A DNA stretch of 64,000 nucleotides from Octopus sinensis. Lineage: Eukaryota. How positions within the stretch are numbered: the stretch's first letter is position 1; each line of letters starts with the position of its first letter. This document shows, piece after piece, positions 1 to 12,200 of the stretch. The translations under genes were made by a program, and so were the position numbers. The stretch spans positions 29,698,001 through 29,762,000 of the forward strand of contig NC_043003.1 of assembly GCF_006345805.1 (NCBI RefSeq). The letters are read 5' to 3'. The notes beneath the pieces are model-generated. The model was given only the letters and a program-made list of their open reading frames with translations. It searched no databases and was not told the DNA's origin.

Positions 1-150
1 AGAAAAAAATTGTTCCATTCTCTCTATTTGTGATTCTTTACCATTTTGTCTGTCTGTACCAAAGTGAGTAAATGGCATCTTTCCATTCCCTAACTGCCTT
101 GAAAGTTTGTAGTTGATGGTAGCCTGCAATTTTTTTTTTTTTTTTTCCAG

Positions 151-253
151 TATGAAGAAAGGATCACGAACCTATTTCTACTCAAGTTTCCTTGCTTACT
201 TCCTTGGTTTAGTGGCAACTATTTTTGTTATGCACGTTTTCAAACATGCTCAG
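151..253 (+). CDS. HM13: Signal peptide peptidase (HM13/SPP, GxGD intramembrane aspartyl protease), internal coding exon
   Basis: Poly-T/CCAG acceptor ending at 150 and GTATGT donor at 254. Translates (S)MKKGSRTYFYSSFLAYFLGLVATIFVMHVFKHAQ, matching SPP TM8 region from recall (human KKNTHTYFYTSFAAYIFGLGLTIFIMHIFKHAQ). Upstream exons are outside the window. Confidence 0.95.
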
Positions 254-834
254 GTATGTATTGAACTGTTATTCTTTTTATTGTAATGTCAATGGCTTAC
301 TTAACATGTGTTGTATTGAAAACCAACAGGTTACAAGACTTCCTTATTGTCTATTGGTTATCAACTAGCTTCTCCAAAATTATTAGTCTAAATAAGAAAT
401 AATAATTATTATTATTAGTGTTGGATTAGCAGAGTTTTAGACCATTGGGAAAAAATGCTTTGTGGCATTCATTCCAACTCCTTATGTTCTAAGTTCAAAT
501 CCTGCAATGGTCAACTTTTCCTTTTATCCTAATAGTTGATAAAGTACCTGTCAAGAACAGAGGTTGATATTAATTGTACCCCTCCCTTCAATAATTGTTG
601 GCTTTGTGTCTAAATTAGAAACTATTGTTGCTTTTGATGTACTTATTTGTGGTATCCTACTTATCAAATCCAGAATCTAGCTTTAAACCCATTACATACT
701 GTACTGTCATTGAGATTTATGTGCACACTTGGTGAATTTATGAACTTGTCTATTTAAGAAGTTATTATCCATGTTTCTTGTCAACATTTCATTGTTATTT
801 TTTTTTAAACTGTGTCAATGTTCTCTCTTTGCAG

Positions 835-920
835 CCTGCATTGCTGTACCTGGTACCAGCCTGTATAGGTGTCCCTATAAGTGTAGCTTTACTTCGTGGA
901 GAAATTAAAGAATTGTTCAG
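835..920 (+). CDS. HM13: Signal peptide peptidase exon carrying the PAL motif (TM9)
   Basis: TTCTCTCTTTGCAG acceptor and GTAAGA donor at 921. Translates PALLYLVPACIGVPISVALLRGEIKELF(S), in phase with the previous exon, giving the QPALLY motif of SPP/presenilin-type proteases. Confidence 0.96.
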
Positions 921-1582
921 GTAAGATTGACCAAGTCAGCTGGTTGTTTTATTCTTCTGTATACACATAGCATGTGTATGTGTGTGATATTGACCAACAC
1001 AATCATAAGATTGTTGTTTCAATTCCCAGACTAGACAGTGCATTGTGTTCTATTTAGGGTCTAGGCAACTCTGGCTGTTTACTTTTTGAATTGCTAGATG
1101 TCAGCTCTTAAAGAAATTTTAACAATTTCTTTAACCATTTATTATATTTCTTTAGAAATATAATGCTTTCTTTTCAATTTACTTCGAAAATAATAAAGAA
1201 TGTAGTAAAGCAACTTCATTATTTAGTTGGTGTTTGGAATATAAATTGATATGAAATTTTGATGGAAGAATTTTAGATCAATTTAAAATGGGAAATTTTT
1301 ATCATAAAACCAAGGGCAGCCTCAAGTGGGTTGGTTTCAGAAAAGTTAATCCCTTCTAATAGTGATTTCAATTATAAAGAGAAAAAACGCTTTTAGTTAT
1401 ATAGATTTAAGGCTTGTAAGAAGGTTGAACATTTGTTGTTTCTTGTACAGGTGTCAAAATGGTTAACTTTGTACTACTGTAAAGTGTAGTGGCCACCAAA
1501 CTAGATCCTACTCCATTGTATTGCTGTATATTTTTGCAGTAATTGTAATAGTAGTGATATAAAGCATTTTGTTTTGTTGCAG

Positions 1583-1673
1583 TTATGAAGACCACAGTGA
1601 CAAACCAGCAGTGGACAGCACAACAGCCAGTGGAAGTGGTGGAACTTCAACAGGAGACAAGAAGGCTCAGTAA
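1583..1673 (+). CDS. HM13: Signal peptide peptidase terminal coding exon with KKxx ER-retrieval signal
   Basis: TTTTGTTGCAG acceptor; the phase-2 join gives SYEDHSDKPAVDSTTASGSGGTSTGDKKAQ-stop (TAA 1671-1673). Begins like SPP LFSYEE and ends in KKxx. Confidence 0.9.
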
Positions 1674-2371
1674 ACCGGACTACCATGACTTTTATCATTA
1701 TCATCATCATCATCACCACCACCAATGTCATTGTAATCACCCCCCTTATCTCCACCCTATTTTCCCTGAATACAGCGGTACTCAACTTCTGTTGCCCCTC
1801 ATTTACAGTTGACGAACTGGTTCAGATACTACTATTGCTGCAACTACTACTACAGCTGAATGGTTAACATAACTGTTTATACAACTCAGTACATACTCTC
1901 TATGTCTGTCTCTAGCTGTTGAACCAACCAGTATAGACATCTTCCATTCCACCAGTTCCTCACTTTTTGACTGTTTGGTCACTAAACTCATTTTCAAGTT
2001 GTCTGTTATTATTCTTCAGTGATTGACCATTCAGTAAAAATGATTTGCTGTCTTTCACTTCTCCTCTCTTTCTCGGCTGACTCCTCTTCCCCTCTTCTGT
2101 ACAGACATTCTCTAGCTTGTGATTACTCAGCACAAAATTACACTGTCTTAATGTAGCTGCTGAGTTGTAAACCTGCTGAGTACTCAATCCTCATCAATAC
2201 TAACCCATCATGTTAGCTTGCTTCAGCCTCTCAATTCTTCCTGTTTTGATGTTTTTATTTATCCAGAAGATTAGGTGCTTGTCTCTACTCAATACTGCTG
2301 CAGCTGGGACTGTGATTGGTGACATCAGAGCAGCAGCGGGTGGTGATTAAAATATCAAGCAGACTTCTGCC

Positions 2372-2377
2372 AATAAA
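2372..2377 (+). promoter_or_regulatory. Candidate polyadenylation signal of HM13 3' UTR
   Basis: AATAAA about 700 bp after the stop, followed by T/GT-rich sequence. Motif only; the real transcript end is unknown. Confidence 0.3.
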
Positions 2378-5300
2378 TTCTTGGGTCTAAAATCTTATTC
2401 TCCCAAGCTTTTCTCTGTAAAATTTGTTGTTTGTTTCTTTTTATTTTTTAAATACTTTTGTAGACTATTTAACTGTTTATATGTTACGATGAAAATATAC
2501 CATACCTGCTCAATAATTGGCGAACATGACTTTGCAACAGTGGTACACTCTACATCTCACAGCAGTTGTGGACCTCAACATCTGGCAACGGTGACAAATT
2601 CCACATCTCCCAACAATAGCACACTCCACACATAGCAGCGCCAGTAGCATACTCCTCATTTCGCAAGAGTCTTGGACTTCATTCACATCTGGTAACTGAC
2701 AGCAGTGGCAGACATCACAGATCAGTTACACTTCTGTGACAAACTTCATCCTAGTTGAAAACTGTCAATCCTTTTGCTAAAAGTTGGTGCTGTTTGAAAA
2801 TTTTGAGTCAACTAGATATATACGCTTCAAGCACTTCCTTTGCTAGATTTACTAAGGTGTGTGTGCGCATATATATATATATATATGGGTTGGATGGAGT
2901 TTGTTGGGGCAGATTTTCTGTGGTTGGAAGCCCATCTTGTTACCAACTATTGTAATAATATCGAGACAAGGATATACACACACAACTGGCTTCTTTTGGT
3001 TTCTACATACCAAATCCATCCACTCACAAGGCTTTGGTTGGAGTGTAGCTATAGTAGAAGACAAGGTTTCACATAGTGGGACTGAACTCAAAACCGAGTG
3101 GATAAAAAGTAAACTTTTAAACCACATAGCTATAATTGCATGTGTGTTCGTGTCTCTTTGTCTTGACTTTACATAATTGTTGTCAATGAACATCACTAAT
3201 TTCCAATCTTTGAAAACATGCCCAGGTATGGGGAAATATTAATTTATTTGGAAACAGGGGTTGGCAATAGGAAAGACATCAAACCATAGATTTGCTTTAA
3301 CAATTTCAACTGACCCATACAAATATGGAAAAGTGGTCATTAAAATAGCGTGTGTGGGGTGTAATATATATATATCACTCATTCTTTAACATCTGTTTTC
3401 CATGTTGGCATGGGTTAGGGTTATATAGAGATATATCTATACATATCCAACCCGTGCTAGCACAGAAAACGGACGTTAAACGATGATGATGATACACACA
3501 CCATGAAAAGTGTGTGCACGTGCACACACCACAAAAACTACACACACACACACATATATATATATCTTCCAATTCTACTCCAAAGTGCTACACAATGGAG
3601 CTTAACCCCAAACCATGTCATCATTGCAGAGTGAATTTCTTCCACACAGCTGTAGTGGCATATATATCCTCATTTAATGTCTGGCATATGCTGAATGGTT
3701 TGACAGGATATGACAATCGAAGGACTAGATCTGTACCAGTGCCTGCTTTGGTATGCTTTCTATGGGTGGTTGTCCTCCCTAACAGCAGCTACGTTACAGA
3801 GTGGTGTACTGGATGCTTTTTTTTTTTTTATAGTCGAAGCACATTTGGTCACCATATATCTTGGAAGACTGAGCCTTGAGAAAGGTAACTTTACATGAAG
3901 AGATGAAGGGTTAATGTATGAGAGAAGGAGCCAGAGCAGAACAGGTTTCTTATTGTAGAGGGGCTATATGGCTATTCACATTCTAAGAATAGTGAGTTGA
4001 GGTCATTGTGGTAGAGCTGGAAAGAGATAGTAGTAGTTGTGATGAGGTGTCTGGGTGGTTCCTCATGGTTCAAGATAAGTAGAAGTGAGAATCAGGGTAT
4101 GAGGTGTGGCTAGGTAGGAGTTGCAAGAGTATGGTGTGAAAGGGGAATGGATGAGAGGTGGCTTTAATGAACAAAGAACAAGTGTTGAGGGGATGGAAAG
4201 TAGGTGTCAGTTGTAGAGTTTATTTAGGCTTAAGGGTGGATAAGGAGTGAAAGTGTAAAGCAGTATTCCTGTCACCTATCTACCCTTGCCATTTAGTAAT
4301 GCTCCCTACTAGCACTTTCCTTCAAGGTTTTCCAAGCTTATCTTTTGTCCTTTATTGCCCTGTCAACTATGCTTCATCACCTTGTTAATTTTAGATTGAC
4401 TGGGATATTTTCCTCCAGCTATGTCGCTGATTTATAACCCAAAGCAGGTTATTTCATAGACACCCAAGTTATCTGTGCTACAGATATCTAAATCGTCCTC
4501 CCTATTGTGATGTGTTAATTAGTTCTCAAAATCTATTCCCAATTGCTGGATTTTTACTCTCCATATCTTCCTTGTGGTCATTTGTTTCTGGATCTGCCTA
4601 GCTCTGACTCTGAAGTCACTATTCACTAATCCATACTGTGTATTGCATTGCTCACCGGCAAAGTTGGTATTTACAATAGATCTTTTGTCTCTATTTCCTG
4701 GTGAAAATATTATCTGACTTGTGTGTCAGCTAGATTGGTAGGTGATGAGCTGCCTAGCAGGTTTCCTAAAGTGTGTGTTGCAAATTGTTAGATCAATTGC
4801 ATAACATTATACCTTCCTTTTTTTTTTTAACCATATCCATAGTCTCCACACATATTATAGAAGACATCAACATGCAGGCCAACATGTATTTTGAAATCAC
4901 TGTCAATCATCATTGAGGTAAACAAGTTACCATCAGTTTCATACTATTGCACTTTTACTCTGAAATCATCAGATATATGTACAAATGGCTACTGGCAAGA
5001 TAAGATTATTTCAGAAAACAATATTTTATCAGAAAAAAAGGTGCCTTTTAAAAGCTAGATATTTTTTGTCTATTAAATATTGAAACAAATATTTTGAAAT
5101 ATTCCTGCCTCTCTGTTAGAAAGCACAAGAACTTACACAATGAAAACTTCTGCTTACCAAATTCAATCAAGTCCTTGGTTGGTCCAAAGCTGTAGCAGAA
5201 GACACTCGCCCAAGGTGCCATGCAGTGGGACCAAACCCAAAACCATGTGAATGATGTTTTTAATTTGTCTTGTGTTTAGTGAATGTAGCCATGTATGATT

Positions 5301-7797
5301 AAGACATCTAAATGTAAAGGCATATAGTAATTATATAACCATAGATTTTAGGTGTGTCAAGATATAGAAGTGTGTTTATAGAGCAACTTTAACATGCAAA
5401 ATAAGGTCTGACTTTCAGAATTGTAGTATGAAATGCTAGCAAAAGAGGTATTTCCTAGTGAAAATTTCAATTCTGGAATTTAAAAAGGTGTTCTGTTATA
5501 ATCAAGTCATCAGCCAAGCACACTGATAAAACAAATAGCACAAAATTAGCAACCCACATCTAGAAACTGAATGACAACAACATTGTTTACAGCATCAAAT
5601 AGGAGGCGTTTGAGAGATCAAAGCTGTAGGAAAATGGAATAAAGAAATGCAGCCTGTGTAGCAGAAAGAATACATATCCTGCTAAAGTCAAAAAACAACA
5701 GTTCATTTTCTATGGCTGCGTGACTTCTCTGCTGCCAACCTTCACCTGTTTCCAATCTTCCAACCTCGTAAGCAACAAATTTGTGGGGAACTGGAAACAA
5801 AACGACACTGACTGAGCCTTTTATTTGCAGCATGTTAAGAATCTTCGATATGCTTTCATGCTGGACGGACTTGCAAACAAACAATGCTCTCTGTACAAGC
5901 TGTAATGCATTTAACAGCCAACAAACACGGGAAGACAAGGGGAAATACGAACCCGTGTACTCAAACTGACATTCTTTTATACATATGTGTATGGATATAA
6001 AACCCAAGCCCTTTTGTTTGTGAGTCAAACATGCTAATCATTAGGGCATGTGCCTTGTATATGTGTGTTTCTCACTGCCTGACAATCTATTGGTTTGCTT
6101 CTTAAAAAGAGTACAAGCTTCGATTCAAGGAGTGGTAACTGCATTGGCCGTGTCAAAGACTACAGTAAGATCAACAAATTGAGTACTTGAGGTTAAATAC
6201 ACTTACGAAGTTGCCTAGAAGAGAAAATTATGTCCATTATGCTTTCGTATCCAACTTGCGAGCAGGAAGTTAGTTTACTTGCTTAGAGTTGCGTCCCTTA
6301 CTTTGGTAAATTAACAGATATGCTGAATTTAAAAGTTTAATTCAGAAATGGCATCCAATAAAGATCTCGCGTACACGAGATTTGGTGTGCCATGTAAAAA
6401 AAAAAAAAAATTCTATCTATTTTTTTAATGATGGAGAATGCTTTGAACTTGTAGGCTAAACGATCATAGCATAAGCTGTCTGTTAGCAGAAGATACAAAT
6501 AGTTTCTGACTATGCACATAAGCTCATATATATGTATATATTTTCACACACTGTTCTTTTTGCCTTCCTATTTCAAGGTTAATTCCCGTATTTTCTTTTT
6601 CTCTTCGGGGCTGGAGATCATTAATGTTTTATGAAAAGAATAGGATGGAAATAGAAATTAATCTGTATTGCATGCATCTAAATGATAATTTGCATCGACA
6701 TCGTGTGTATGTTTATATATATATTGTTTATGATGATTCAAATCCCACTGAGATCAACTTGGCATTTCATCCTTTCAAGATTGGAGCAATCTATTATCCT
6801 CATCTCCTAAATTTCCTGGCCTTGTGCCAAAATTTGAAACCATTATTATAATTATGATACTTCATTATAGTTTTATGACAGCTAAATTATCAAGTTGCAT
6901 CATACTCTCGATATGAGACTCAAATCTGGCTATCATAAAAAATCCTTATATTTTCATAATTAAATATTAGGAATTGTATAAAAAGAATTGTTAAAATATT
7001 TTGTGTATTGTAGAAATATAACCAATTTATTGCACATAATTTTCAAAGCCAAAATTTTATACAGAGCCCCAAGGGCCATGTGGACCCCAGTTGAGAACTA
7101 CTGTTACAGAAAATCTATCCACAGCACTGCTTAAGCATGCCTGCTATATAATTTGAGCTTGGAAGCTGCTAGCATGTTGGTAGATAATTTCTACTGGCTT
7201 TCTGTAAGGGAACTATGACTTCCAAAGTCATTTCAAGATTATCCCATTTGGTATTCATTCCTGGCAATAGCAAAGGAACTTGAAATGCATTCATCAGTCC
7301 ACAAAGGATGCTCTGAAATGATGGTTTTTATTACCTATTGTCTGTTGTGAAGAAAATTCTCACATTAAAGTATAGTAAAAACGGCCTTTTTACTGGTCAA
7401 ATATGCCCCAAACATATTTGAACTGATGCAAAAGTTTGTTTATTCAACACTATTTCATGTGCCTATTACATATCTCATTCTCTCTCTCATTATATATATA
7501 TATACATACACACACACACATCAACATGTATAAATGTGTATATATCTGCATGTGTTTTCCCCTACCATCACTTGACAACCAGTGTTGGCTTGTTTATGTC
7601 CCTAGAACTTAGGAGTTCAACAATAGAGACCAATAGAACAAGTACCAGGGTTAAAAATAAGTACTGGGAGCAATTTGTTAAACTAAACTCTTCAAGGCAT
7701 GGCCATAGTTCGACAAGCAAAGATATCTACATGTATGTGTATATAATTATGTTCATCTATGTATATATAGACGAACATACTGTCACTTGTTTATTTT

Positions 7798-7945
7798 TCA
7801 GGAGTGGCTGTGTGGTAAGTAGCTTGCTTACCAACCACATGGTTCCAGGTTCAGTCCCATTGCGTGGCACCTTCTACTATAGCCTTGGGCCAACCAAAGC
7901 CATGAGTGGATTTGGTAGACGGAAACTGAAAGAAGCCCGTCGTAT
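7798..7945 (+). mobile_element. SINE family A head (internally deleted)
   Basis: GGAGTGGCTGTGTGGTAAG...GGTTCAGTCCC...GACGGAAACTGAAAGAAGCCCGTCG followed by TA. Further heads at 5130-5250 (-), 38945-39105 (-), 22250-22340 (-), 52180-52320 (-) and 54455-54570 (-). Confidence 0.8.
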
Positions 7946-7978
<33 letters not shown>

Positions 7979-8893
7979 GTAGGTCCCGGGTTGAGTCGGG
8001 GTTAACCACAGTAAATAAGGTACTCAATACATAGCAGAGTAAATTAATTTATTATATAGAAGGAGCTTCTCAAGTATGCATAGGTATAAACATATGTTGT
8101 CCAACCCATGCTAGCATGGAGAACGGACGCTAAATGATGATGATGATGTATGCATTTATGTACTTAAGTGTATATAGATGCGCGTGTGTGTATCATCATC
8201 ATCATCATCATCGTCGTTTAACGTCCGTTCTCCATGCTAGCATGGGTTGGACGGTTCGACCGGGGTTCTGGGAAGCCAGAAGGCTGCACCAGGCTCCAGT
8301 CTAATTTGGCAATGTTTCTACAGCTGGATGCCCTTCCTAACGCCAACCACTCCGTGAGTGTAGTGGGTGCTTTTTACGTGCCACCTGCACAGCTATGTGT
8401 ACGCATATATATATATATGTGTGTATGTGTATATATGTATGAATGTATATGTGTATGTATATATATGTATGTGTATATATATTTATTAATGTATATGTAT
8501 GGACTAGTCTTCTGTGGGTGTATTGAGGTATGTATGTGTATGCGTGTAGACATGAATCAGTAGGTACGTGTACGTATGTGAATGTATGTATGTATGAATA
8601 TAACATGTGCGTGTGTGTATGGGTATGAGTGTACGTGTGAGTGTTTGCATTCGTATCAGTGAGTAGATAGATAAACTGACTCTTTAGACCATCCCTTGAA
8701 ACTGGCTGACTGAGGTCAAGATAAAAATAAAGATATAAACAAAAGTAATAATAAAATTAAAATAAGGGAATAAAAATGTGTGTGCATGTATATGCATGTG
8801 TATATGTGTGTATGTATATATATGTGCGAGTGTGTATACATATATGTATATGTGTATTTGTGTGTATGTACATGGGTATGTGTATATATATGT

Positions 8894-8924
<31 letters not shown>

Positions 8925-9261
8925 TGTATATATGTGTATGTATGTATATATATAGATATATGTGAATATGTGTGTGTATATATATATATATATATGTAGA
9001 TGTACAAGTGAGAGTCTCCTTACTTACCTAAAACTCTATTTTTCTATTTATTCTTTTATTTATTCTTACCACCGATTCCTTTGACCACTCCCCTAATAAT
9101 GATAGTTTTGCGCCATGCCTACCCCCAAAAAAGTCCCCACCACCACCCATTTAAACCTGCCTAAATGTATAAATGCCAAAACAACTCTTGTCTACTAGCT
9201 TCCTGATGATTTCTTTTGAATGAAACAGTTCTAGTCCTGTAGAAGCTCCTTCTATATAATA
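7979..9261. mobile_element. Penelope-like/retrozyme-like non-autonomous insertion bracketed by an inverted repeat, with later repeat insertions inside
   Basis: A perfect 21-bp inverted repeat (8050-8070 vs 9241-9261) overlaps the hammerhead 3' strand, and TA tracts flank the region. No RT or GIY-YIG ORF is present, so the family assignment is inferred from the ribozyme and layout. Confidence 0.5.
9197..9247 (+). ncRNA. Type I (minimal) hammerhead ribozyme
   Basis: Stem I AGCTTC (9197-9202) pairs with GAAGCT (9242-9247). Core CTGATGA 9203-9209. Stem II TTC/GAA with TTTT loop. GAAA 9222-9225. Stem III ACAG/CTGT with loop TTCTAGTC. GTA cleavage triplet 9239-9241. The only deviation is U-U at position 10.1-11.1. 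Confidence 0.85.
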
Positions 9262-9294
<33 letters not shown>

Positions 9295-12200
9295 GTTTGT
9301 GTGTCTGTGTTTGTCTCCCCAACATCACTTGACAACCGATGCTGGTGTGTTTATGTCCTGTAACTTAGCAGTTCGGCAAAAGAGACCGATAGAATAAGTA
9401 CTAGGCTTACAAAGAATAAGTCCTGGGGTCAATTTGCTCGACTAAAGGCGATGCTCCAGCATGACTAAAACAAGTAAAACAGTATATATATATATATATG
9501 CATATATCTTAAGTAAATGCTCTGGGTATTAAAAGAAATTGCTAGAGAAATACCTAATCATTGACACTGCATTTGACAATAACAAATATATATATATATA
9601 TATATAATAGCAACAGTATATAACAAGTGTTCTGCTAGAGCCTAGTTTTGATTAATTCCTTGTGTTGAATTTAGTAAATGGAAGCTACAAAAGTCATTTA
9701 AAAAACAATTCTTGTAAAACTTGTTTCCTTTTCTACAGAATTTTGCTGAGAAGGAAATTGAATTAGGGTCAGAGGTCACTAATACCATTTATTTAATGCC
9801 CATTTTTCTATGCTATCATAGGTTGGGCAGGACTATTAAAAGTAGCATTTTATGGTTGGACATCCTTCCGACTCTTGCCGCCTTTTCAAACAAGTGGGGA
9901 TGGTTTTTGTCCATTTATTAATTATTATTTTTAGTAATCTTTGGCAGTGCAGCACAAGCGACAGTATTGTCAACATGGAATATAAACATCATCTCATTTC
10001 ACTCACATTGTGACAAGCAAAGCCATGGAATGTAAACATGTGAACATATGCACACATCAAATGCATTCACACTCTGCTCTTCTACCAACCTCTTCAGTAC
10101 CCTCTAGTGTCTCCTTGCCCCTCCTCATCTGCCAACTTTTCTCTCCTCCACAGCCTCTCAGCCTTCCCAGCACCTTTCCTCATCTTTTTTCCCTCTGACC
10201 TAACTCCACATTTCTTTCCTTCAATGATTCTCAGTATTCTTCTCCAACCTAGTCCATTGCACCTATTCGTCACACATTCTGTCCATACTTTCTCCTTATA
10301 ATGTTAGATAGCCCAAGACCTCAACCCACATATCAGTACTCATCTGTCCCTCTCCTTTTCTCAATAACTCGTTACTAATCCTTTCCCTCTCTCCTAGTCT
10401 TGGCCATACTTCTCCATCCTCTTCTCTTACTTATCACTGCTCATCCCTTAAACTAAGATCAGTCCTCCTCACTCCTCTGTTCCATTTCAGTTATGGGAGC
10501 CATTTTCGGGCCCTTTGTGTAAGTTACATCACAATTGTCACTGGTTCCAGTGCCATGAAAATAAGTACCCAGTACGATCTGAAAAGTAGTCAACATTAGA
10601 ACGTGTATCTAGCCATTAGAAACCACACCAGACTAGATACTGGAGCATTACATAGTCCTCCGTTTGCCTAATCTTGTTGCACCATCCAACTCATGCCTGT
10701 ATGAAAGGCAGATGTTAAATTATGATAATGTGGATGTGTGTATACATATGAGGTGTCTGTGAATGTTTACAATATATGCTGAGCTATGGCTACAAACATT
10801 GACATCAGCAATTGTGACATCTGCTGACAGTGTTCCTATCAACATATTGTCTACAAGCTCTGCCTTTTCATATTCGGCTGGCATAAAAAAAAAAAGTGCC
10901 TTACTTGATAAAGGGTTGGCAACATGATGGCTGTAAAAAAAAATCCAGTTCAACAAATTCTGTCTAAATCCATGCAAACATGGGAAAGTTGACTTTAAAA
11001 TGGTGAAGATACATAGAGGAAGAAAGCATAGAACAGTTTATTGAAAAGATGACAATTTTTTTATAGCAATATTTTATTATAACTTAGAAAAAAAATATTG
11101 AAAGAAAAAAAAAGAGGAACATACTGTCACTTGTTTATTTTTTGTTTGTTTTCGTTTTGTAGGTTTTTTTTACCTCTTGAAAGAATTGAGGTTAATGGTA
11201 TGGTAGGTAGAGTAGTTAATGACACCACACAGTTTTTGTTGTATCTATTATTACTCTCCCCACCACACACACATACACACACACACTAATTGTCAAAATA
11301 CATTGATTGATTGATTGGATTTGATTGATTAAGGCTAAAAAAAATCACATCCAAGCATTGTTTTCCAACCCTGGTGGCAATCACCAGTGTCTGCTGAAGA
11401 CAAGCTTTCTTGGTTTTTATTTTTTCTTTCCGAGACAACAGCCACATTGGAATCTCACAAAATCTAAGACATATTGAAGAAAATAGTAGAAAAGAAATAT
11501 TTCCTATCTGATGATGAACCATTTTTTTTTTTTTATATTATACATATTACTTCTTTTGTTATGTTAAGTACAAAAATTGCTCATAAGTTCCCTCAAAATG
11601 TTTAAGTTATCTGCTCTTGACTAACTGCTCAACAGTACAAGAGGGCAGGTCATAATACAGGCTTCATGGTTTGTTTCCCACTATTGTTGTGGTGGCCCTC
11701 CAGCCCTACCACTTAGTTGTCTTCATTGTTATCAAAGTTGACACATAGGAGCCCTCACTTTCAGTCAGTTAACATTTCATACAAATATTCCATTAAAGCC
11801 AGGAGCTTAAATATTTCCTTTCCTTCACCAAAATGACAAAATACAGCAGTAACGTTAAATTAAATTAGTTTTTCTCCCCCCACCACCCATCTATAAAAAT
11901 TGGGTTCCAATTTTTAAAAGCAATACAATGAGATTATGACTAGAAAAAGAAAAGGGGATAGGAGAAATAAGTTACAAATGTTACTGTTTCTGCAAAGAGA
12001 AAACATTTAATAAATAGGGGGTGATTTTGGTGCTGACCACAATCTATTTCTAGCATTATTCTCTTCCTAAGTTCTAGTTATGATTTGAACTCCTGACCAG
12101 AATGCCAAAAATAAAAAATCAAACCTCACAACAGCCACAGCATTGTGTTCCTAGATTAAGGCAAACCATTTATTTTCAGCCTGACTGTTTGGCAAGAAGT

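Noticed and set aside
1585-1812. His-rich 75-aa ORF overlapping the last HM13 exon
   Set aside because: It is a shifted frame of the real exon running into a (CAT)n/(CAC)n repeat in the 3' UTR. The splice phase supports the SYED...KKAQ frame.
2381-2635. 84-aa ORF with a repeated ATV..STS theme in the HM13 3' region
   Set aside because: No convincing splice sites or start context. Explained by a degenerate direct repeat of about 50 bp.
3900-4800. Possible decayed retroelement interior
   Set aside because: It shares a short motif with 36100-36130 and 63070-63100, but no protein motif could be read, so it is left unclassified.
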